From the NCBI GenBank assembly GCA_964348415.1, contig CAYGCR010000010.1, forward strand, positions 2,385-66,384: a DNA stretch of 64,000 bases, given 5' to 3'. Below, piece after piece: positions 29,314 through 38,859 of this stretch. The notes beneath the pieces were generated by a model. It was not told the origin of the DNA. It made no database searches and was given only the letters and a program-made list of their open reading frames with translations. The translations under genes and the position numbers were made by a program. Each line of letters starts with the position of its first letter. Position 1 is the stretch's first letter. Source of the stretch: an uncultured Ignavibacteria bacterium (lineage in GTDB: Bacteria > Zixibacteria > MSB-5A5 > SM1-73).

Positions 29314-29669
29314 TGACGTGCACCTCCGATGGTTCTGGATCTACTCCTCACTTTTTCATCTTACTACGCAATTAAATACAGCAAGTTTCTTTGTCAAGGG
29401 AAATTTTTGGAAATCTTCATTTTTTCGAAGGTGGGCGACCCAGCCGCTCCGGGTGGCTTGGCAAGCCGCGGAATTTGGCCTTAAAAAATTGATAACAGAC
29501 TGACCGCCGACTTCACCTGAAGGTATGGCAAACCGATCTCTGCCAATATCAGGAATACAGGTCCAAACCCCCTCCCCAATTCTCTTTGAGCTGTCATACA
29601 TTCGATATGTTTAATTTGGAAGCGCAATTGAAGAAGGAAGTGGTGGTTCTTCCCATTGACGATTTTCTG

Positions 29670-29951
29670 TTACTGCTTTTTGCTGCCAGTTTGCTTTTTC
29701 TTTAAAGCCCGGGTTTCTGCAGTCGTTCGCATCTTGACGTTTCCCTTCAAGAGATAACCGCGGACTTGATGCGGGCGGATTCTGTGAAGCTTTCCAATGT
29801 CAATCAAGCTGGAGCCTTTCTCATACAGCTCCTTCATCTTGGCCAGCTTGTCCTGCTTCTCTTTCTCGATCCGCGCCTTTTCCAACTGATCTTCCGTTGG
29901 CTTTGCTTTCACAGCCGGCTTAGGAACAGCAGCTCTCTTCTTGTTAGCCAT
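29670..29951 (-). CDS. Small basic protein with a Lys/Ala/Pro-rich tail and an HTH-like segment
   Basis: AGGAGGTGA RBS; ELYEKGSSLIDIGKLHRI resembles an HTH. Confidence 0.7.
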   Translation of the reverse strand: MANKKRAAVPKPAVKAKPTEDQLEKARIEKEKQDKLAKMKELYEKGSSLIDIGKLHRIRPHQVRGYLLKGNVKMRTTAETRALKKKQTGSKKQ

Positions 29952-30248
29952 TCTTTGTCACCTCCTTTGTCCGTAAGCTACTATCGCTCTTCTATTTGTA
30001 ATATCATAACAAATTTTTGAAAATCCCTAAAAAAGATAAGGTATCCAGGCACAACAAGATAGAGGGCAGAAAGGGAACACAAATTTTCTTAGAATTCCTC
30101 TTGATTTCTAAAGCGGCGATATTATATTACTATCGTAAAACATTGGGCAAGCTGAACTTGTGGGGATTAGTAGATGTGCCAGTAAGGTAAAATACAGCTA
30201 ATTAGTGTAAGATGCTGGCTTGTAAAGGCTCAGCCTAAATACATATTT

Positions 30249-30959
30249 ATGAGCGGAAGCCGGAAGATAACTTACATAGCTTTTTGTTTCCTCCTGGTTC
30301 TCAGTTGTGCTTATAAGCCACCTTACAAGGTTGACTATGATAAGCTGCCACCTGAGATCAAAGTGTACTATCCAATAGAGAAGGCTCTTTCAGCCAGGTT
30401 GTGGGCATTGAGCACATATGGGATGCCTATGTTCGCTGGCGATATAAACAGATCTTCAACTGTTTTCGATGTTCAAGACCTTTTCGTTCGCTCGTATCCG
30501 CGGCAAGAAGAAATATGGTGGTGGTCTACTTTTAAATGCTCGTTCTATCACCTAGGATCTGTCGGTTTATCATATACTACTTCTCACACAGCGGAGCTTC
30601 AACTTTCCATCCAGGACACCTGTTCAAAGAGCGACTACTTTTGTATAGAATTCAGGATCGATGGACTGAAAAGAGAGCATAACACGACGCTTTATAAATT
30701 CCAAATTGTTTTCCAGAATCCGAAAACCAAGAAATGGGTGTACCTCTACGATACATCACCTATCGTTGGAGAAACAGGATTAACCGGCGTTGACGTTAGC
30801 TTCTTTATGGACATCGAAGCAGTACAGCAAAGGATTTTCTCAGATTATAAACACAGTGTCCCGAAAGCTGTAAAAATTCCAGTGCTGATAATAGTCTGGG
30901 ACTTTCGCGCGAAAGAGAAAAGGGAAGCTGTATTTGAGTTAGGGATGGAAAGGAGGTGA
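30249..30959 (+). CDS. Hypothetical lipoprotein
   Basis: Lipobox LVLSC; AT-rich codon usage. Confidence 0.65.
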   Translation: MSGSRKITYIAFCFLLVLSCAYKPPYKVDYDKLPPEIKVYYPIEKALSARLWALSTYGMPMFAGDINRSSTVFDVQDLFVRSYPRQEEIWWWSTFKCSFYHLGSVGLSYTTSHTAELQLSIQDTCSKSDYFCIEFRIDGLKREHNTTLYKFQIVFQNPKTKKWVYLYDTSPIVGETGLTGVDVSFFMDIEAVQQRIFSDYKHSVPKAVKIPVLIIVWDFRAKEKREAVFELGMERR

Positions 30960-30966
30960 GAAGGAA

Positions 30967-31311
30967 GTGAGGAGACTCTTGTTGTTGGGAGCTATAGTTC
31001 TGGTGGTGTTCGCTTCCGCATCAACCGCACGAGCTGAAGGGTATGAAGTTTTAAATCCAGCATGTGCAGAGTATCTTGGGCAGGAGATACCTAATAATGT
31101 ATTTCAACAATGGCTCCAAGATGGCTGGATCGTGCCTTCAGATGAAGAGCAGCCTCAACCAGACCCAACTACTGCACCGGAGCAAGGGACTGATTGCCAT
31201 TTGATGGTGTGGACATGCGGTCCTGGTTGCCACTACACTGATTGTGTATTAGGCAAGGGAGCAGTTAGTTGCTGGTGCGAGTATAGTGTACTTCCACCAC
31301 CAGAACAGTAG
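30967..31311 (+). CDS. Small secreted Cys-rich hypothetical protein
   Basis: AGGAGGTGA upstream of GTG; signal peptide ending ARA; 7 Cys. Confidence 0.65.
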   Translation: MRRLLLLGAIVLVVFASASTARAEGYEVLNPACAEYLGQEIPNNVFQQWLQDGWIVPSDEEQPQPDPTTAPEQGTDCHLMVWTCGPGCHYTDCVLGKGAVSCWCEYSVLPPPEQ

Positions 31312-31336
31312 CTTCAAATGAGGATCCCACAGACAA

Positions 31337-31381
31337 CTCCATCCTTGCTTCTTGTGGGAGAGTAAGGATGGAGTTTTTATT
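31337..31381 (+). terminator. Intrinsic terminator
   Basis: aactccatccttgct...agtaaggatggagtt followed by a T tract. Confidence 0.65.
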
Positions 31382-31726
31382 GTGATAGACAAAATAGACA
31401 AACAACAGAACGAACGGAGAAGGAGAAATAGGGGTAAGAAGGACAGGAAGATAAACAGATGGATCGCATAAAATCAAGGTTTAACAAGAGCTTTCAGGTA
31501 TTTCTTCACAAGTAATCACTCAGCACACAAACCCTTTTATACCCTCACTCTTTTAAGAGACAACATAATTATAGCCTCACATCAGTCATGGCTACAAGCT
31601 ACGTCCGTGAGTAAAGGGGTCATAGTCAAGAAAAGGAGTCAGGGGAATAAAGGCTTCAGTAGAACGGAGTAGCGTATTGTTGAGCGAATCCTTTCCCGAC
31701 TAAGATGTCTACGGGTGAAGACAGTG

Positions 31727-32800
31727 CTATTTCCTTTCCAACTGTTCAAGGGCGCCCTGGACTCGGTGGTCATCCGGGTGATCCGCGGCGTATCGCTTTA
31801 CTCTCTCCAAATACTGACGGCACTCCTCTTCGCTTTTGTGACAATGCATATATCTGACTGCAGGAAACCGCCAGTCCTCGCCTACGACTGGTTCCAGATG
31901 GGCGAAAAGCATGTCCATATCCTGATAACGTTTTTGCTCTTCGAATACCGGCACCATGCGCAGAAGCAGAGTCAGGTATTGCAGCCAGGCGACCTGAGCC
32001 GCGTAGCTTGAATCTCTGGGTGATCCCTGTGAAGCGCAGCGAAGTTGCCACCTCTGGGTGAGTCCGGAGATAAGCAGATCAAGAATCTCACCTTGCGATT
32101 GAGCGGAATCCTGGTAGGCACACACCAGCCCCAGATCTACGAGATGTTCTCCAAATTCGCGTTGGATGCCGCAGCTGGGTGCCATATACACCGGCGGATG
32201 TGCGGGATTGCTCACTTGGCGTGTGACTATCTCCGCCAGTGCATCTTGTGTTTCGCTGGTCGAGGGAGGGAGAGGTAAAGTATCCTCTTCTGATAGATTC
32301 AGGGCTGAGCAAATATCAGTGTCGTCGAGCAGGAATTGTCGGTAATCTGGCCCGACCAAGAATTGCAGAGAGATAACGACCAGGTCCGGCCTGATTCCTT
32401 CCACTTGTTGCAGATACCAGGCGCCATATGTGTCTGCGGCTCCGTTGGTGTAAAAGACTCCGCCCGAGTCCATCTGTGCGAAGCAATTACCAATCCACTC
32501 AACAATTTGAAGCACTGCCAGCGAATCGGTGACTCTGATCTTGGGATGCAAGTGACTGAAGAAGGTAAGCAGGACCGATTTGGCAGAATCAGCCCCTTGA
32601 GCCTGTCTTAAAGCTGCTAGTTTTTTAAAGAACCCGGAGGCCAAGCTGTACTTCCCGGATGTGGTAGGCGTGACCGTTACCGAATCGATAAGGCTGTTCA
32701 AGTCACCGTACTCGAGACGCGATGTCTCACCTCCACAGCCGTTCAGGAAAACGAGAATCATTGATAGCACGGTCATGAATAAGGGTGCTTCTCGCTTCAC
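31727..32800 (-). CDS. Probable lipoprotein with a DUF2723 periplasmic-domain-like motif
   Basis: GGAGG before the GTG at 32800; lipobox FLNGC; TNGAADTYGAWYLQQVEGIRPD parallels TNGDNDTFPLWFLQNVEKIRQD of the 5989-8553 protein. Confidence 0.7.
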   Translation of the reverse strand: MKREAPLFMTVLSMILVFLNGCGGETSRLEYGDLNSLIDSVTVTPTTSGKYSLASGFFKKLAALRQAQGADSAKSVLLTFFSHLHPKIRVTDSLAVLQIVEWIGNCFAQMDSGGVFYTNGAADTYGAWYLQQVEGIRPDLVVISLQFLVGPDYRQFLLDDTDICSALNLSEEDTLPLPPSTSETQDALAEIVTRQVSNPAHPPVYMAPSCGIQREFGEHLVDLGLVCAYQDSAQSQGEILDLLISGLTQRWQLRCASQGSPRDSSYAAQVAWLQYLTLLLRMVPVFEEQKRYQDMDMLFAHLEPVVGEDWRFPAVRYMHCHKSEEECRQYLERVKRYAADHPDDHRVQGALEQLERK

Positions 32801-33008
32801 GGCATTTGCCCTCCCGTTTCCATCTTTTGGGCACCTTCGACCTCGCAAACCTGTGCCCGATACACTCGCCATGATATGATTCGTTTCACTGCCAATAAAG
32901 ATGCTTGATATACGTTGTGTCAAGACAAATCTGGAAAATTCCCGACATGGTGAGTACCCACCTGAACCTCCTTGTCCCACTTTTTTCTGAGGAAAGACAA
33001 TTTTGTTC

Positions 33009-33037
33009 TTGACACCGGAACAGAAAGGATATATAAT
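33009..33037 (+). promoter_or_regulatory. Consensus sigma70 promoter for the riboswitch-btuB transcript
   Basis: TTGACA-N17-TATAAT. Confidence 0.75.
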
Positions 33038-33074
33038 TGGTTCGCTTTGAGATGGTTCTCTGACAAGGTAAAAC

Positions 33075-33244
33075 CGATCTGGCGCCCTTCAGAGGGTAAA
33101 AAGGGAAGGCGGTGGAAGTCCGCCACAGCCCCGCTACTGTGAGTGGCTACGAAAGCTTCAGATAACCACTGTGTTGCAAGAAGCGATACGGGAAGGTGAA
33201 GCCGGTAGGCCTGAAGCCACAAAGTCAGGAGACCTGCCAGATCG
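33075..33244 (+). ncRNA. Cobalamin riboswitch
   Basis: aaaagggaa-gcggtggaagtccgc, gcccccgctactgt, ccactg..gggaagg and the B12 box agtcaggagacctgcc; upstream of a TonB-dependent receptor. Confidence 0.92.
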
Positions 33245-33300
33245 AATATTCCGAGATTGGATAGCTCTTCGCGGGAAGAGTATTTCGGGAAATTGCACCA

Positions 33301-33337
33301 AACCCAGCTTAACCGTGAAGGCTGGGTTTTCTTTTTT
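33301..33337 (+). terminator. Riboswitch expression-platform terminator
   Basis: aaacccagctt..aggctgggttt followed by a T tract. Confidence 0.8.
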
Positions 33338-33557
33338 CGTTAAGAGATGTTTGTCTTTCAGAGAACGATAGGATCAATCGCTCTTCTGGAATCGGATGCC
33401 CGACGGACTCTCGGCATGTCTGGAGAAGTACCATGTTCGCATTGGGAAGTCAGAACGTAGCCTGATTTCCACTAGTGTAAGGGCGGCTTGCGACGTCCCC
33501 TTGTCAAGGGAGACAGCAGGGGGTGGGATGAAATTCATTAACCGGAAAGGAGTGAAG

Positions 33558-35594
33558 ATGAAAAAGCTCATCTTTCTACTTATAGGCTTGCTTCTCTCAA
33601 TGGGAGTGCAGGCTGAGGAAACAAGTGAGGCCACCACTGGTGAAAAAACATATCTGCTTGAACCTATTATCGTGACTGCTACACGCTACCCGGAGCATCT
33701 CAGGAACATTCCCGCCCATTGCACTCTATTGAGTTCCTCAAAGTTGAAAAACTTCAATTGCCTCTCTTTGGGGGAGGTCTTGAGAAAATTCTCGTCCGGA
33801 GAGATGACCTCTTCCGGTTCCCTCGGCCAGGTACAGACTTTCTCTCTGAGGGGCCATTCCTCTTCTCAAGTCCTGTTTTTATTGGAGGGGAGAAAACTGA
33901 ATTACCTCTGCAATGGCATTTTTAACTTAAGCGACCTCCCGTTGGCCAATATGGAGAGAGTTGAAGTTGTCCGTGGTCCCCTCTCCTCCGTGTTTGGTGC
34001 CAATGCCCTGGGCGGGGTGGTAAATCTGATACCCTCCCCGCCTCTGAAGAAAAGCTTCTCCTCCTCCGTCCTCTACGGGAGTGATAATACTTCAATTTCA
34101 ACTCTGAATTTTGCCTCGGGAATAGGAGATTTCAGATTCGACTCGGGCTTGGAAAGAAAACAGTCTGAGGGTCACAGAGAGAATTCGGATTACTCCGCCC
34201 TGTTCTTCCACTCCACTTTCTTTTATCGCCTAAGTTCCTCCACTGATCTCAAGCTCTATTTGTCGACGCAAAACGACGATTTGGGAGTGCCTGGCCCCGT
34301 GCCTGACCCTTCAAATATCCCGAAGTTCGGCAACTCTTCTGTCTTTTCCCTTTATGACCACCAGAAGGACAAGAACTTGTCATTAGATTTTACTTTTCGT
34401 TTCCGCTCCCCAGAACAGTCCTCCAAATCTCAATCAGGAGAGCGAGAGGTCCTAACTCGACTCTTTTTTGACCGAAGGAGGATGGACTATGCTACCCGAT
34501 ACGATTTTTCAGGAGAGGTGGACGAAACATACTCTTATGTGACCAAAAGCGCGGGTGGATTCACGCAATGTTCCTTTTTGCTTGGAGAGAGAAGCCGGAT
34601 CACACTTGGGCTGGATTTCTCCGCGGATTACCTGGAAGCCAGAAAGGAATCGTTCTATGCTGCCTCCCAGACCGGGTCAAGTCTGGCTTGGGATCCAAGT
34701 TCAACCACTTTTGGCCTGTGGGGGAACTCCTCCTGGAACTTAAGAAAATTCACTTTCCAGCTCGGCACCAGATATGACCTGCCCAGCGATTTCGAAGAAA
34801 CCTTCTCTCCCAATATGGGGTTGATCTATCGTCTCCGAGATGCCTTCTCCTTAAAGCTGAGCTATGGAAGAGCCTTCAGAGCTCCCACTTTCAACGATCT
34901 TTACTGGCCCGACGGGGGGAATAAGGATTTGAAGCCCGAAAAGGGAAGAAGTCTTGAAGCGGGCATGTTTTCCACGGGCAGAAGAGTCTCTTCTCAAATC
35001 TTTCTGTATCATCGTAAGGTAAGAAATCTGATTTCCTGGCAACCACTGGGTGAAAACGGATTATGGCAGCCTTTCAATTTGGACCGCTTCAACTCTTGGG
35101 GGATAGAATTGGAATTGGATTGTCGGGTTTCTGAAGGTCTGGATTGCGGGGTAAATTACTCTTACAATAGAGCAGAGGAGGTAAAAAACGAACTGGTCTA
35201 TTATGATTTCTTCTCCGGGGAGAAGAAGTTCGAGGAGTTGAAAAGGAAAGCACGTTTTCTGCCGGAGAACGTCTTCAATCTCAATTTGGGCCTGAGAATC
35301 CTTCCCTCCTTTTCAACTCAGCTGGCATTCAACCTTCGCAGCGAAAGGTTAAACTACTATCCGGATTATTCATCTTATCCGGCAATAAGATATGTGACCA
35401 AAAAGATCAAATCCGCAGCCAATTTTGACATCAGCTTCAATCAAACGGTCAAGAACCTGGCCTTCCTTTTGAAAATAGACAACCTTTTTGACGAGAGGAC
35501 CCCGACCCAGTTTGGCAACTCGCTGTCCGATTTGGACTACCCCAATCCCGGTAGAAAGGTATTTGCCGGAATGAGACTGGAAATGTGGGATTAA
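33558..35594 (+). CDS. btuB: TonB-dependent cobalamin receptor
   Basis: IIVTATR TonB box, ERVEVVRGPLSSVFG..ALGGVVN plug, FRAPTFNDLYWP; B12 riboswitch upstream. Confidence 0.85.
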   Translation: MKKLIFLLIGLLLSMGVQAEETSEATTGEKTYLLEPIIVTATRYPEHLRNIPAHCTLLSSSKLKNFNCLSLGEVLRKFSSGEMTSSGSLGQVQTFSLRGHSSSQVLFLLEGRKLNYLCNGIFNLSDLPLANMERVEVVRGPLSSVFGANALGGVVNLIPSPPLKKSFSSSVLYGSDNTSISTLNFASGIGDFRFDSGLERKQSEGHRENSDYSALFFHSTFFYRLSSSTDLKLYLSTQNDDLGVPGPVPDPSNIPKFGNSSVFSLYDHQKDKNLSLDFTFRFRSPEQSSKSQSGEREVLTRLFFDRRRMDYATRYDFSGEVDETYSYVTKSAGGFTQCSFLLGERSRITLGLDFSADYLEARKESFYAASQTGSSLAWDPSSTTFGLWGNSSWNLRKFTFQLGTRYDLPSDFEETFSPNMGLIYRLRDAFSLKLSYGRAFRAPTFNDLYWPDGGNKDLKPEKGRSLEAGMFSTGRRVSSQIFLYHRKVRNLISWQPLGENGLWQPFNLDRFNSWGIELELDCRVSEGLDCGVNYSYNRAEEVKNELVYYDFFSGEKKFEELKRKARFLPENVFNLNLGLRILPSFSTQLAFNLRSERLNYYPDYSSYPAIRYVTKKIKSAANFDISFNQTVKNLAFLLKIDNLFDERTPTQFGNSLSDLDYPNPGRKVFAGMRLEMWD

Positions 35595-35599
35595 ACCTT

Positions 35600-35775
35600 G
35601 ACTATTGGTATATAGGTAAGCGGCGTCTCCGGCTCTCATTGCCGGGTAGACAGCTACTGGGTTGACGTTATTGCTCGCTTCAACTCCAGCGGCGCGCTCG
35701 TCGACAGGTATTTGGTGGGAAACGGCCCGATATCTCCGGCTGTCTACACGCCGCCCACGCAATGCCCGCTCTTTA
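35600..35775 (+). pseudogene. Remnant of a beta-propeller (YncE-like) gene C-terminus
   Basis: Frame reads GI*VSG...YWVDVIARFNSSGALVDRYLVGNGPISPAVY; no start codon; upstream in-frame stop. Confidence 0.4.
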
Positions 35776-35984
35776 GCCGGGAAGCTTTATCGTCCTGATG
35801 GTGCCTTTAGCAGCGACCGGATCGTTCGTTTTGAAATGCAGATTGGCTCTCAAAAAAGCCTGAAACCTCGACGAAGATTGTGGGGGCTACATTAGAGGGG
35901 CATGCGAAACCGCAAGCGTCCGGCCTCCAGGCGTCGACCGGGCTAGTCAGGTTCCTTTATTCGCACAGAATCACACCCGATTCT

Positions 35985-36007
35985 CGCAGGCTGAAGCCTG
36001 CGGCTAC
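35985..36007 (-). repeat. GTAG-foot REP
   Basis: Minus strand gtagc-cgcaggc-ttca-gcctgcg. Confidence 0.6.
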
Positions 36008-36131
36008 CGAAATCTCACTCTTTCCAATTCCCATTCCTGAGACCTAAGTGGATTCGCGGGAGGCTGGATTCATTGGTCTGATAGCTGGCTTTAGATCTTC
36101 GTCAGATCTCCTGGGTCAGAACCATCTTTGG

Positions 36132-36160
36132 TTGACAAATCAACTTTGTCACCTTATCTT
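36132..36160 (+). promoter_or_regulatory. Sigma70 promoter overlapped by the palindrome TGACAAA-N5-TTTGTCA
   Basis: TTGACA-N17-TATCTT; perfect 7-bp inverted repeat at 36133-36151. Confidence 0.55.
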
Positions 36161-36201
36161 CGAATGGCCGTGAATTTCGGAAAAAAGATAGCAGGGGAAC
36201 A

Positions 36202-37236
36202 GTGACGAAGCGTAAAGCCCTTTACTTTGATGCGCCCGGTGAATTATCTGTCAAGGAAGAGGCTCTGTCTGACCCAAGCTCTGACCAGGTGCTGGTGCAG
36301 ACTTTGGTTTCGGCTATAAGCGCAGGCACGGAGATGCTCTTCTATCGCGGGCAGGCACCCGCTGACATACCCGTGGATGAAACGATTCCTTCCTTAGCTA
36401 AAGACCTTGAGTATCCTCTGAAGTATGGATACGCGTCGGTAGGGAGGGTCATCGCCGTCGGAAAAGACGTATCGGAAGATTGGCAAGGACATCTGGTGTT
36501 TGGGTTTAATCCGCACGAAAGCCATTTTCTGGTAGCTCCAAAGGAACTGGTTTCCATCCCGGAGTCCCTCTCGGCCGAGGATGCACTCTTCGTGGCCAAT
36601 ATGGAGACGGCGGTTAATCTCGTTATGGATGGTCATCCGCTTATCGGTGAGCAGGTGGCTGTGTTTGGGCAGGGCGTGGTGGGTCTTCTCACCACGGCAC
36701 TTCTGGCACAGATTCCTTTGAGTAGGTTGGTGACGCTGGATCGCTACCCAATCAGACGTGACAGGTCGGTTGCACTGGGTGCAGACGTCAGCCTGGACCC
36801 AATGGCACCGGATGCACAGGACCACTTAGGTGAGCTATTCCAGACCGGAAGCTCGTCCGAAGGCGCGGACCTCGCATATGAACTTTCCGGTAACGTGAAA
36901 GCGTTAGACCAGGCTATTGCAGTTGTCGGCTTTAACGGGCGTGTGGTAATTGGCTCCTGGTACGGACAAAAGCAAGCAGAATTGGATCTGGGAGGGCGTT
37001 TTCATAGAAGCCGGATTAGCCTGATTGCCAGCCAGGTGAGCACCATAGCGCCTCAGTGGAGGGGTCGCTGGACAAAAATCCGACGCCTGCTGGCGGCTCT
37101 GCGAATGATCGAAAAGATAAAGCCTGCCTTTCTTATCACGCATCGTTACCCCATCGACAAAGCAGGGGAGGCTTATAGACTCCTTGACCAGAATCCTCAG
37201 GAAGCGATTCAGGTAATATTGACCTATGAAGACTAA
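36202..37236 (+). CDS. Zinc-binding (MDR) alcohol dehydrogenase-like protein
   Basis: SAISAGTE, YPLKYGY, GQGVVG and VVIGSWYG motifs. Confidence 0.88.
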   Translation: MTKRKALYFDAPGELSVKEEALSDPSSDQVLVQTLVSAISAGTEMLFYRGQAPADIPVDETIPSLAKDLEYPLKYGYASVGRVIAVGKDVSEDWQGHLVFGFNPHESHFLVAPKELVSIPESLSAEDALFVANMETAVNLVMDGHPLIGEQVAVFGQGVVGLLTTALLAQIPLSRLVTLDRYPIRRDRSVALGADVSLDPMAPDAQDHLGELFQTGSSSEGADLAYELSGNVKALDQAIAVVGFNGRVVIGSWYGQKQAELDLGGRFHRSRISLIASQVSTIAPQWRGRWTKIRRLLAALRMIEKIKPAFLITHRYPIDKAGEAYRLLDQNPQEAIQVILTYED

Positions 37237-37271
37237 CCATTCGACGAAGCCATCTTGAAAATTGCCATTAT

Positions 37272-37649
37272 ATGTACACGGTAAGCGTAAAGAGGGACTT
37301 TGTTGCCTACCATTTCCTTTTCGGCGGCGACTGGGGTTTGGAGAATCAAAAGCATTCTCATCACTACGAGGTTGAGATCGAGCTGGAGGGCTCATCCCTG
37401 GATAAGCACGGATACCTGGCTGACATTGTATACCTAGACAAGAACCTGACTGAGTTAATCCGTCACTACAAAGACAGAACCTTGAACGAGCTTCCTGAGT
37501 TTGAAGGTGTCAACCCCAGCGTTGAGCATTTTTCCCGCATATTCTGTCAGGCTTTCCTAAAGGGCATCAATGCACCGAACGTGAGTGCAGTCAAAGTTAC
37601 CATGAAAGAAAACCGGATCGCTTCTGCCTCTTACCGACAGGAGCTTTAG
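37272..37649 (+). CDS. 6-pyruvoyl-tetrahydropterin synthase/QueD-like protein
   Basis: FVAYHFL, HSHHY and LNELPEFEGVNPSVE motifs. Confidence 0.88.
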   Translation: MYTVSVKRDFVAYHFLFGGDWGLENQKHSHHYEVEIELEGSSLDKHGYLADIVYLDKNLTELIRHYKDRTLNELPEFEGVNPSVEHFSRIFCQAFLKGINAPNVSAVKVTMKENRIASASYRQEL

Positions 37650-38719
37650 TGCGAGTCGGCCTTGTAATTTACGGAACTCTGGATACCATCTCCGGGGGCT
37701 ATCTTTATGATCGCATGTTGGTGGAGTATCTCAGGCGGAGAGGAGACGAGGTAGAGATTGTGTCACTGCCGCGGCGAAACTACCACCGCCATTTGAGCGA
37801 CAATTTCTCGCGCTCGCTGCAAGAACGGCTCAGGCATGCAAAATGGGATGTATTGCTGCAGGATGAGCTGAATCATGCTTCACTTTGGTGGATGAATCAC
37901 AGGCTAAAGAATGGGATTTCATATCCAATCATTGCTATAGTGCATCATTTGCGATGCTGTGAACGTCGAGCCGATTGGAGGAGCCGCTTTTACAGGGTGA
38001 TCGAGAAGCGCTACCTTGATTCAGTTGATGGTTTCATCTTTAATAGCCACACGACTCGTTCTGAAGTCGAAAGGTTGACGGGAGGTGGCAAGCCATTTGT
38101 CGTAGCCTATCCGGGAAGGGACAGATTTAGCCGAAGCACCAATCACCGCCAGATTGCTGAGCGAGCGCGACAGCCTGGTCCGTTAAGAATTCTCTTTCTG
38201 GGCAACGTGATCCAACGTAAAGGGCTGCATACTTTGATTGATGCGCTTTCCCTTTTGTCCGACGAGAGCTGGCAGCTGGAGGTTGTGGGGAGCCTGACCG
38301 CAGAGGCCAGTTACGTAAAGTCGGTACGCCGCCAAATCGTAAAAGCAGGTCTGGAGGACCAAATCAAGCTCCGGGGTTTACTTCCTGATTCCGGCGTGAC
38401 GGAGTCTTTAAGGCGCAGCCAGGTTTTGGCCGTTCCTTCTTTTTATGAGGGCTTTGGCATTGTCTACTTGGAAGCAATGGCATTTGGATTGCCGGTCATT
38501 GCTTCTGTCGGCGGAGCAGCTTATGAGCTTGTCACGAATGAAAAAGAGGGATTTTTGGTCTCTCCTGAAGATCCACCCGCCTTGACCGAACCTATCCGAA
38601 CGTTATGCCAAAACCGGGATTTACTGATTCAAATGAGTCTGACAGCTTACAAGCATTATCAGCATTTCCCTACCTGGGAGCAGAGCATTGCACGCATTCG
38701 TGAATTCTTGCAGCGTTAG
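37649..38719 (+). CDS. Glycosyltransferase family 4
   Basis: SGGYLYDR, RKGLHTL and EGFGIVYLEAMAFGLP motifs. Confidence 0.9.
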   Translation: MRVGLVIYGTLDTISGGYLYDRMLVEYLRRRGDEVEIVSLPRRNYHRHLSDNFSRSLQERLRHAKWDVLLQDELNHASLWWMNHRLKNGISYPIIAIVHHLRCCERRADWRSRFYRVIEKRYLDSVDGFIFNSHTTRSEVERLTGGGKPFVVAYPGRDRFSRSTNHRQIAERARQPGPLRILFLGNVIQRKGLHTLIDALSLLSDESWQLEVVGSLTAEASYVKSVRRQIVKAGLEDQIKLRGLLPDSGVTESLRRSQVLAVPSFYEGFGIVYLEAMAFGLPVIASVGGAAYELVTNEKEGFLVSPEDPPALTEPIRTLCQNRDLLIQMSLTAYKHYQHFPTWEQSIARIREFLQR

Positions 38720-38859
38720 TGCACCGGGTTGCGGGCCGGCTGCGAAACCGCATTGTTACGGCACTTGGAGCAGAAAAAAAGCTTGACAAAGGGGTCTCGG
38801 GTGGTTATTTTCGGCAGTCAATAGGCAGGAGGATTTACACCTATGAGGAAGGTGGACGC

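Noticed and set aside
29218..29350. Lysine or THF riboswitch
   Set aside because: Only short end motifs (gagtaga, ggaggctactc) resemble them; internal conserved elements are absent and an SD-led uORF explains the region better.
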